Origin: Mobula hypostoma
Taxonomy: Eukaryota
Direction of reading: 5' to 3'
NCBI RefSeq assembly: GCF_963921235.1
Contig: NC_086100.1
Span: forward strand, 203,920,001 to 203,984,000
Length of the DNA: 64,000 nucleotides
The notes below the pieces were generated by a model. The model searched no databases. It was not told where the DNA came from and worked only from the letters and a program-made list of their open reading frames with translations. Below, in pieces: positions 54,106-64,000 of the stretch; the stretch's first letter is position 1, and every line of letters starts with the position of its first letter. Made by a program: the position numbers and the translations under genes.

Positions 54106-55215
54106 TGAACTACTAATCTTCGCCAACTAGGCTACTTGAATATGCGACGTACTTACCAGAGATATGACAGATACAGAAACTTATTTGGTCTACCAAGAAA
54201 AGTTACTATTGGATTTGCATTTTATCCACAGAGCCGACCTCGTAGCACCACCAGGTGTTTGACTCCCTTCTTCAGACCATCGTGAATGTCCTCTGTGTCA
54301 CCGTGCAGAATGTTTAGAGTATGGGGACAGAACAGAAACTACAACAGAGGTCGTAATGTTCTGGCAAGACGCAATATGACTGCTTCTTGACGCTGATTTT
54401 TTTTTTATCTCTCTCGTTTACTTTTGTATAATTCAGCACCCGTGCCGGGTGAAACATTGCTCTAAGATTATCGCAATTTGGGAAATTGTATCTTCATAAC
54501 ATTAGTAGACACAATATATTAGTTTCAACGTTTCTGTATTTTCATTACGGGAAAAGTAACACGAAAATAGAATCCACAGCTGTATTTCTGATACACTCCC
54601 GTCTCAGTGACCTTTGACACTATAGCCGAGAACGAGAGGGAAGAATTGTTTTTCACACCACAGCTGGATTTCTAATACCCTTCATGTTAGTAAGACTGCT
54701 GCACATCTCCATTAAAGGGTCAGACTGCGGCATCGTGCAGATTCAGACCCGCCTGCTTTCTGAATGAAAAAGCAGTAGTCACATATTTTGGACTGTTACA
54801 ATGGACATTGAAGGTATTACCTCAGTTTAACTGACACCAGCTTTCCCAGTTTCCGATATTTCTCCAGTTGTCATAGAAATCCTTGGAATGATCCATAATC
54901 CAGTGAATAAGAATAGAATTCTACTAATGTGAGAAAAGATCATACTGGCTTCACGTGGTTCCTTGGACTAGATTCAGTTATTAACATTTTGAAAACAATT
55001 TCTGCTGGCGCAGCCGTCAGTTCTGCTTATTTTTGTTATTTCTTGCCTCGCACAATTGAATTAATTTTGTTGACTTCACTGGAAGCTACTAACGTTCGCT
55101 CTCTGGCTGCAGGAATATAGCGACATTTACCAGACATATAAATAATATAGAAGAGCTTTTGAACTCCAGACAAAGCGTACAATTCGATTTCTTTTCACCT
55201 GCAGAACCAAAAATT

Positions 55216-57743
55216 TCACATAACGAGACGGTTGATTCCACTCTTCAGCTCCTCCCTGTATTTCACTATGAGCGAGTGTAGATACACGAGTTGGTGCAGG
55301 TATACAGAAACTGCAACATGAACCCAGACTGTTAAAGGATATATGTCGGGATATTCAAATATCTGGCAGTGTAATAGTAATTCAAAACTTACCAGTTCGT
55401 AGTATATACAATAAAGGGGATACACAACAATATTTAATTGGCTCACAGAGCGAACAACAAAATGACTGAATTTCTCCAGTTCTCAACCTCTGGATCATTT
55501 CTTTACTCACTGCTGTTCCCGAGCCCCCGGCGAGCTCTGTTTGCCGTGATAATATTACTGACTGTAAAGCATTAAAAAGCAGAATCAAACCGTTCGGCAA
55601 TAATGGGGTAGTGATCATGCTGAACAACTGGTGTGCTTTCCACGCTAGTAAAGTTTCGTATTTCCTTTTCAAAATGCATCGACAGGATATGTGATCTATG
55701 GGAACTGAGGAACTGAGGGAAATACATGTTAGTAGGGGAGTGGTGTTAGGTAAATTGAAGGGATTAAAGGCAGATAAATCCTCAGGGCCAGATGGTCTAC
55801 ATGCCAGAGTGTTTAAGGAAGTAGCCCAGGAAATAGTGGATGCATTAGTGATAATTTTTCAAAACCCTTAGATTCTGGTCTAGTTCCTGAGGATTGGAGG
55901 GTGACCAATGTAACCCCACTTTTTATAAAAGGGAGAGAGAAAGCAGGGAATTATAGACCGGTTAGGCTGACATCGGTGGTGGGGAAATGCTAGAGTCAGT
56001 TATCAAAGATGTGATAACAGCACATTTGGGAAGTGGTGAAATCATCGGACAAATTCAGCATGGATTTGTGAAGGGAAAATCATGTCTGACGAATCACATA
56101 GAACTTTTTGAGGATGTAACCAGTAGAGTGGATAGTGGTGAACCAGTGCATGTGTATATTTGGATTTTCAAAAGGCTTTTGACAAGGTCCCACACAGGAG
56201 ATTAGTGTGCAAACTTAAAGCACACGGTATTGGGAGTAAGTTATTGATGTGGATAGAGAATTAGTTGGCAGACAGGAAGCAAAGAGTGGGAATAAACGGG
56301 ACCTTTTCAGAATGCCAGTCAGTGACTAGTGGGGTACCGCAAGACTCAGTGCTGGGACCCCAGTTGTTTACAATATATATTAATGACTTAGACGAGGGAA
56401 TTAAATGCAGCTTCTCCAAGTTTTCGGAATGCACGAAGTTGAGCGGCAGTGTTAGCTGTGAGGAGGATGCTAAGAGGATTCATGGTGAATTGGACAGGTT
56501 AGGTGAGTGGGCAAATTCATGGCAGATGCAATTTAATGTGGATAAATGTGAGGTTATCCACTTTGGTGGCAAGGACAGGAAAACAGATTATTATCTGAAT
56601 GGTGGCCGATTAGGAAAAAGGGAGGTGCAACGAGACCTGGGTGTCATTATACATCAGTCATTGAAAGTGGGCATGCAGGTACAGCAGGCGGTGAAAAAGG
56701 CGGATGTCATGCTGGCATTCATAGCGAAAGGATTCGAGTACAGGAGCAGGGATGTACTACTGCAGTTGTACAAGGGCTTGGTGAGACCACACCTGGAGTA
56801 TTGTGTGCAGTTATGGTCCCCGAATCTGAGGAAAGACATTTTTGCCATAGAGGGAGTACAAAGAAGGTTCACCAGATTGAGTCCTGGGATGGCAGGACTT
56901 TCATATGAAGAAAGACTGGATCGACTAGGCTTATACTCTCTGGAATTTAAAAGATTCAGGGGGGATCTGATTGAAACGTATAAAATTCTAAAGGGATTGG
57001 ACAGGTTAGATGCAGGAAGATTGTTCCCGATGTTGGGGAGGTCCAGAACGAGGGGGCGCAGTTTAAGGATAAAGGGGAAGTCTTTTAGGACTGAGTTGAG
57101 GAAAAACTTCTTCACACAGAGAGTGGTGAATCTGTGGAATCCTCTGCCACAGGAAACAGTTGAGGCCAGTTCATTGGCTATATTTAAGAGGGAGTTAGAT
57201 ATGGCCTTTCGTGGCTGAAGGGATCAGGGGGTATGGAGAGAAGGCAGGTACAGGGCTCTGAGTTGGATGATCAGCCATGATCGTACTGAATGGCGGTGCG
57301 GGCTCGAAGGAACGAATGGCCTACTCCTGCACCTATTTTCTATGTTTCTATGCTTCTATGGTAAGGATAGGTTCTAGCTCAAAGTACAATGGGGCATTCT
57401 TCGCGCGACTTCCTAAACTGACAATTACTATCGCAATAGTCGCTGTCTTCTCGGTGCAGTACCGTTCCCGCAGCTTTTGACTACAGATTACAATACAGCG
57501 ATCAAACGTGAAAGCCACCATGGACCAAACAGAACAGTCCATGATTGTGTCCCTCAGGACAAGCGTCACGGCGCAAATCGGTTAAATGAGCAAAGGAAGG
57601 GCATAATTAGAAATGTTGCTGATCTCAGAGAGTACAACAGCAAAGGTAAAGGTCAGCTGCTGACATTCCCACCACGTAACGGGAGATGCATTTAGATTGT
57701 CTGCACTTTCCCAGAGACAAGATCACAATCGCCACTAAATTAA
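55216..57743 (-). pseudogene. GPR139-like class A GPCR pseudogene (main exon), split by a CR1
   Basis: Splice acceptor TTTTGCTTCCTTGCAG before 57743, then NLVAIVILSLGKCRQSKCISRYVVGMSAADL, DCSVWSMVAFTFDRC..CSQKLRERYCTEKTA, (CR1), TPLLP..LILLFNAL, DPEVENWRNSVILLFAL, CTNSCIY. Several stops and frameshifts. First exon not located. Confidence 0.85.
55702..57354 (+). mobile_element. CR1 LINE, subfamily A, 5'-truncated, inserted in the GPCR pseudogene
   Basis: RT ORFs 55987-57218. TTTCTATG tail. TSD TCTATGG at 55695-55701 and 57355-57361. Confidence 0.93.
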
Positions 57744-58374
57744 CTGCAAGGAAGCAAAAAAGAGCTCATGGGCGGAATCCCTGATCATTTTTACTTGTTA
57801 TCTACGAATATAAACGTGTTGATTCGGACTGACTGAACCGCAGACATCTGATCCTATGCCGGGTCAGGCAGGCTTCGATTCGGAGAGTGGAAATGTTGTT
57901 CGTACTGACTACATCACTGTCCTTCCATTAGACGATAACGACGGGTCCGAGTAACAGCTGAGCAACAGCGTTCCAGTTGACATTAGGTTTTCCAGTGGGC
58001 AGCTTATCGAGCTCTGTGGAGAGCTGAGAATGCTGAAGGTTTTATATATTGCGGGAATAAAATGGATGAGGGAGACTGTTCCTTGGGTGTGGCGGGACGG
58101 CAGAGCTAAACTTATGCTTTGATGTGCAGGTGGCAAATAAACTTCAGTCTTGTTCATAGCAACGGAGATGTAACATACAGATTTTTACACCCGAATGTTG
58201 TGAGATAGATGTAAGAAAAAAAAACTCATCTAATCGTATCTTAATTAAAACCGGCAAAAGAGGAGGACACAGTAAAATGAAAGAGTTTTGTACGTTATTG
58301 TGGCAATTTCAAACATAATTTCGATAAATAAATCGTTGCTTTACGTTGGAAAGGGAAATAATATATGTTGCCAG

Positions 58375-59290
58375 TGTTACGTGCTCAAGGAGATCTGTGT
58401 TTTATTTGTGAGAATGATGTAATGGTCTTTTGGAGATCACCTGATGTGATTTTCCCGCCGATGTGAGGTCACGTGATGACATGTGCACCATGACTATATA
58501 AGGGTCGACCCAGGTGACGCAGTTGGTTTTTAGTTTGTATGTTTCCAGGTAGAACGTGCTGTATCTCCGTTTCTGTGACGTGTTTGTTTTTGGTGACGCT
58601 GATTCATTTTTAAAACGGAGTGCGCATTCTGTTGCAAGATACAATATTATTGGACTGGAAATTTTTGCTAGATGTGTTGATTTACCCAATTCCAACAGTA
58701 GAAGGGAGAGTGAAGAGTTTATCGAAGTACAGGATCGAAGGATCGAGAGGAGTGGGCATCGTTTGGCAGTTTAATAAAGGATCGACCTTATTGAATCTTC
58801 GCTGGAGGAGTACGATCTGTGTCGAGAGATAACATTTGCCAAAAAGAGTAAGGAGTTCATGCAAAAAGGTACTCTCTCTCTCTAAAGGAATTTAAGGTCA
58901 GTCATTTAAACTGTTTATTTTCGGCATTGTGAATCCTGTGGACAGTACCAGCAGTAAAGTTGCGTCTGTGAAGAAATCCTTCTCCAGAGAAGTCTCTCCC
59001 AATTGAACGTGTAAATCTGTTGGACTTTCGAAGTTATCGCTTTAAGAACTATATCTGACTGTATCGCTTTAAGAACTGTTTTCGCATTTAACGCTTTAAG
59101 AACCAGAGCCGAGTGGAGTTGATGAACGGCTGCATATCGGTTAACTTCCGGTTAAAGTTTTCGTTTGTTTTATTTCCCTTATCGTTTATCGGTGTTTAAT
59201 AAATGTTTGGTTATTTTTATATAACCTGTCTCGATTAATATTCATTGTTGCCGGTTACGTAACATAAACAGTGGGGGCTTGGCCAGGAAA
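58375..59290 (+). mobile_element. 5' LTR plus tRNA-Pro-like primer-binding site of a truncated LTR element
   Basis: 8-bp terminal inverted repeat TGTTACGT (58375) / ACGTAACA (59264), TATATAA near 58495, AATAAA near 59198. TGGGGGCTTGGCCAGGA at 59272 resembles the Pro PBS TGGGGGCTCGTCCGGGA. Confidence 0.7.
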
Positions 59291-59384
59291 TGTTCTGATT
59301 TTGAGTTTAAGTGCTGGTAATTGCCATTTTGATTTGGGGAAGGGAAATTCCCGAAAAGGGAATTACCGGAAGTGACTTAGGGAA

Positions 59385-59785
59385 TTCCCTCCCCCTCCCT
59401 TCCCCTATCCCTATGTCACTCTGCCCCCTCCCCCAGCTGCCTACCACGTCCCTCTTGGATCCGCCTCCTTCTACTACCCATTGTGTTTTCCCCTATTCCT
59501 TCTTCACCTTTCCCGCCTATCCCCTCCCTGCTTCCCCTCCCCCATCCCCAGCCCTTTGTCTTTCCCCTTACTGGTTTTTCACCTGGAACCTACCAACCTT
59601 CTCCTTCCCACCCTCCCTCATCTTCTTTATAGGGCCTCTGCCCCTTCCCTCTACAGTCCTGGCGAAGGGTTCCGGCCCGAAACGTCGACCGATCTTTTCC
59701 ACGGATGCTGCCCGACCTGCTGAGTTCCTCCAGCGTGTTGTGAGTGTTGCTTTGACGCCAGCATCTGCAGACTATTTTGTGGTTA
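59385..59785 (+). mobile_element. Penelope-like 3' region (second subfamily) with mutated hammerhead motif
   Basis: Pyrimidine-rich tract, then AGTC CTGGCGA AGGGTTCCGGCCC GAAAC GTC GACC (59655-59690), gatgctgcc..cctgctg and ccagcatctgcaga as in the other copies. Confidence 0.75.
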
Positions 59786-60298
59786 CGATCGGGGTCTCTC
59801 TTCCCGCCATCACAGACATTTACACCACACGCTGCATCCGCAAAACATACAGAATTATGAAGGACTCCACCCACCCCCCAAATAAACTCTTCTCCACATG
59901 CCATCTGGGAAAAGGCACCAAAGCATTCGGGCTCTCACGACCAGAGTATATAGCAGTTTCTTCCCCCAAGCCATCAGACTCCTCAATACCCAGAACCTGG
60001 ACTGACACCAACCTACTGCCCTCTACTGTGCCTATTGTCTTGTTTATTATTTAATATTATTTATTGTCGTGCCTGCGCTATTCTGTGCACTTTATGCAGT
60101 CCTGGATAGGTCTGTAGTCTAGTGTAGTTTCTGTGTTTTACTTACGTAGTTGAGTGTAGTTTTTGTATTGTTTCATGTAGCACCATGGTCCTGGAAAACA
60201 TTGTCTCATTTTTACTATGTTCTGTACCAGCAGGTATGCTTGAAATGACAATAAAAGGTGACTTGACTTGGTTTGACTTGACATGACTTGACTTGACG
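59785..60298 (+). mobile_element. LINE 3' fragment, probably Rex1/Babar-type
   Basis: IGVSLPAITDIYTTRCIRK..IMKDSTHP. AATAAA then (GACTT)n tail. Confidence 0.65.
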
Positions 60299-60959
60299 TG
60301 CTTAGTTACATCAGTGACAGTCCACTGAACGAACACTTCAAGTAAACCATTAATATAAATTGACAACATAACAATATGACAATATTGTTTACAATACTGA
60401 TGACAATATAAATTGTGTCGTCATGCATTTAAAATCGCTCCCGCGGAATAATCATAACATAACAATTATGTTTATATTTGTTTATTTACACCTTCAAAAG
60501 AGAACGGTGTACATTTTTTTTTCTCTCTATGAAACAGAGTTTGCGTTTTTCACATAAAATATTTATTGGTCTCAATATTTTTTACAACCTGGACCACCAC
60601 CCTCAGATAATTAACAATTTTAACAATAGGCAAAACGCGTTAAGAGGCATTTGCACTGATTGATCATTTCAATAATCTTTTCCCGGAATTGGAATGTACC
60701 GGTTCTCTCAGTTGGTTTCATACTTTCACCAGCTTTTCTTTGAAAATCCTTTCCTTGTCAACATGTTAAATCGCAGTGTTGACGGATTTCAGGGCATTGC
60801 TGCACGCAACCGATTTCCAGTCCCATTCCAGATTAAATATTTTAATTCATAAAGGTATCTATTTCACCATTAGAATCCCCTTAGTTAAGATGGAAAACTA
60901 GTGCGAAAAACAAAGCATCGGTGATGTTATTTGTAGAAGTTTATCAAAGGAAGGAATTG

Positions 60960-61280
60960 GCAGATTCAGTGTGGATGCAGAAGAGATTTACCAGGATGCC
61001 GTCTAGACTTGAGGGTATGTCCTATGAAGGTAATTGAGCTGGTACTTTTCTTTCTGGCGCAAAGGAGGATGAGGGATGAGGTATACCAGATGATGAAGGG
61101 CGTTGATAGAATCCATACCCAGATACATCTTCCTATTGTGGAACTGACCAATGTAAGCAGGCATTATTTTAAAATGAATGGTGCGTGTTAGAGGAAAGCA
61201 ATTTATACAGAGTGCTGGGTGCGTGGAACAGCAAACTCTCGACATGCAAATAGATGGCAGTAAAATTGATGCCTATGTAG
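60960..61280 (+). mobile_element. Highly decayed CR1 3' fragment
   Basis: cagaagagatttaccaggatg and RRMRDEVYQMMKGVDR. Confidence 0.6.
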
Positions 61281-61615
61281 GAGCAATTCGCTGCTGTGCT
61301 GTGATGATTATTTTAAGTTATTTTTCAATTGTTTGCAAAGTATCCGAAGGATGGACATTGGTAGCATTCATTTGTGTGTTGTCTTTCCCGCATAAATTTT
61401 AAATCTATTTTTTTTCACGAGTCAGGTCAAATCCACAATAACGTGTTGCAAATGTGATGGTTTCGAATCTCTTACGAGTTTCTAAAATTCAGAGACAAAT
61501 GGACTCTATGGAAATTACTGATTAGTGTTGATTTAAATAAGGAATTTAAATGTGGTTTTTTTTGGGAGATAGACTGGAATAATTCGGGAGCAATCTCAAA
61601 ATAAGACTTTCTGCA

Positions 61616-61794
61616 ACAACAGGAATTCTGCAGATGCTGGAAATTCAAGCAACACACATCAAAGTTGCTGGTGAACGCAGCAGGCCAGGCAGCATCTCTA
61701 GGAAGTGGTACAGTCGACGTTTCACGCCGAGATCCTGAGTCCTGACGAAGGCTGCCTGGCCTGCTGCGTTCACCAGCAACTTTGATGTGTGTTG
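61616..61794. mobile_element. Penelope-derived fold-back mini-element with two half hammerheads
   Basis: Inverted arms of about 45 bp. 3' half of the motif on minus (61712-61735), 5' half on plus (61738-61751). 15-bp TSD with one mismatch (61601-61615, 61795-61809). Confidence 0.85.
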
Positions 61795-62229
61795 ATAAGA
61801 CTTTCCGCACTGCGTTTCCATAGAATGTTAAAGTATTTTGCACAATATTTTTAATACAGTGATTTTGAATTTCGAGATCATATGGAAAATTAGTTTTTTG
61901 GAAACACTGTGTTTGCCTTCAAAGATACTAATGAGCAGAGAGGATTCCTATCATCAATGTGTTTAGATTTGTTGAGCTATTGTATAGACGCGTAGTTAAA
62001 ATAAAATAATGGAATTGATAGAATAGAATTGCTGACGTCAGCTATGCAGGTCGCGTTAGCCTTTCATCTTGTAACTAACGAGATGCAGAGACGATGCGAT
62101 TCCAGCCACGGAAGCCCAGCTCCTTTCACTGTTATGTTTTCTTTATCTGATGAAGCATTCCGAACTTGACTCCGGCAAGATATCTTTCCAAACTAGACAT
62201 TAAAGTAAGATATTAAAATTTGTCTTTCT

Positions 62230-64000
62230 TGTGGGTCTGAGAAAAGGGATTTCGCGGTCTTCTGTCGGCTAGAAATGAAGAGAGAGGACGCGAGTGCAGG
62301 GAGTTTGTGGACCGCCGGACGGAGTGGACTGGGAGCGAACGTCCAAAGGTCACCAACGCTCGGAGGAGGTCGATGGGGAACGAATGGACGAATCCCCGAA
62401 CTCCAAGCTGCACATTAGATTGTTTCATTAAAATGGGCCCTTTTCGTTTTTTTAAAATTTTCTTTACTAACCGTATAGTACGATTAAGTTTTATAAAGTT
62501 CAATCGTTTAATTGCATTTGGTGTACTCTCTGATATTTTGCTTTTCCGATTTGTAACCAGACAACGCATCCGTACCAAGGAGATTTCTCAGTCTGGCTGG
62601 GCCAGAAGCTGTCTTCCCCTAGACAAACGCGTGCTGGCCGAACCTGAGGGTTACATTGTCGGGTAGCGTTTCGGGACTGATTGTGTTGGATGCTCTGTGA
62701 TTTCCCTGAGTATTGAACCAGTGGGTTGTGTGTTTAAGTCTCTGCTGGGATGGATGCTGCCTCGGTAAAGCGGAGGTGTGCCTCTGTGGGGTTACCGGTC
62801 CTGACGAAGGGTCTCGGCCTGAAACGTCGACTGCGCCTCTTCCTATAGATGCTGCTTGGCCTGCTGCGTTCACCAGCAACTTTGACGTGCGTGTTTGTAA
62901 ACCGGATGAATTGCGAATTTAATTTTTGTGTACTGTTTGTGCTGTTGGCAAAGCTGAGCTTGTAGCGCGGAGGTTTGATACAATGGCGTGCTCTGAACTT
63001 GTTTTAGCTCAGACGGCAGCTGACGGAACAGCGGTGGAAAAGCCTGCTTCTATTGGTGTCTCAGGTGAGGTCGGCCCGTGGTCCATCTATACTGTCACGG
63101 AGGAGGAGAAAGTAGCGGAGCGAGCCAAGTCAAAATCCTAGCTTCCCGTAACTGGGGGATGGGGTGGGGGTGGTGAAGATTTCAAAGACAGGATTCTATC
63201 GTTCCGAGGGGTCAGGGAAGGAATGGTCCGAATTGGAATGTCTAATTAATCCCAGTCCCTCAGTGAAGAGTCTGAGTTCTGAGTTAGCTTCAGCCCTTAC
63301 CTCTGTTGTGAATTAATGGTCCAATGGTCCCCACACGAAGCTTCGAAGGGGGAAGAGGAGCAGGGGACTTGGGCGGAGCAGATGAGTGACAGTGCTCTGA
63401 GGAGGTAAAGAGGAAGAGATTGGTTGAAAGTTTAAGCTGACGTGACGTGGTGAGAGCTGTGAAAACACACCAACGCTCAGCTAACATTGCGGATTATCTG
63501 GGCGCATTGGAGAGCGCCTTTGGTAGGACAGAGAGCCACTGGAGCTCATGACGTGGTTTCAGAACATGCGTCGTGTGAAGGGAGAGAAGCTTTCGGTTTA
63601 CCTTTCTCGGCTAGAGAGGCAGCTAAATTGTTTGCGGCGCAAAGGGGTTATTCAAGCGGCTGAGGTTGATAGTTCAGATAGCCGAGGGCGACCAGTCACA
63701 GGGCCTGACTGCTTGGGGTCTCCGACCGTCTCCCCAATCCCTCCTTTGTCGAATTGATCAGAGATGTACGGGAGGAGGACAACGCGTCGTAGGTGCGGAA
63801 CGGCGTCGTCAGCTGGGTAAATCCTCGGTAGCAACATGTTTTCTGAGACAGGATGAAAATCGCTTTTGTATTAACGACAAAGAAATGAAAAGATATTCCA
63901 GCAGAGCTAAAACGGAACGATTTGTCTCGAGAAAAAAACGCTGTGATTCTAATTCCTTTGATTCTATGTTGTAAATGACAAGTTAAGAAACTCAGCGTTG
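62230..64000 (+). mobile_element. Decayed Gypsy element with PNMA-like gag (possible LTR remnant about 62230-62580)
   Basis: Manual translation EEVKRKRLVESL..ADYLGALESAFG (63400-63525), and ORF 63548 FQNMRRVKGEKLSVYLSRLERQL..KGVI. Confidence 0.7.
62797..62832 (+). ncRNA. Minimal hammerhead ribozyme motif, intact core, at the start of a ~100-bp Penelope end fragment (to about 62897)
   Basis: GGTC CTGACGA AGGGTCTCGGCCT GAAAC GTC GACT. Confidence 0.75.

Noticed and set aside
54145..54200. Minus-strand splice donor consensus (GGTAAGT) near 54150-54160
   Set aside because: No supportable exon, acceptor or recognisable peptide.
59311..60054. 247-aa ORF
   Set aside because: Chance read-through across LTR leader, Penelope end and a LINE fragment.

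Overview
Eukaryotic, repeat-dense vertebrate DNA, most likely from a cartilaginous fish (inferred from the CR1/Penelope/Rex1 repertoire and a GPR139-like GPCR relic; not provable from sequence alone). Most of the window is nested retroelement debris: several CR1 LINE subfamilies with distinct microsatellite tails, Rex1/Babar-type LINEs, a Penelope-like element (GIY-YIG), a decayed Gypsy element with the Gmr1-type order gag-INT-RT-RH, other LTRs and a PNMA-like Gypsy gag. Host-gene content is small: a candidate TATA-driven secreted-protein first exon running off the left edge (minus strand) and a CR1-disrupted GPR139-like pseudogene. Two things stand out. (1) The ~600 bp promoter region of the left-edge gene recurs five more times in two duplicated blocks (27.3-32.9 kb and 41.1-51.7 kb), each time pointing into a GATACA(G/A) satellite array instead of the signal-peptide exon. 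(2) A minimal hammerhead-ribozyme motif occurs repeatedly in Penelope-derived sequence, including 180-300 bp fold-back mini-elements with 14-16 bp target-site duplications. Boundaries of decayed elements were judged by eye and are approximate.
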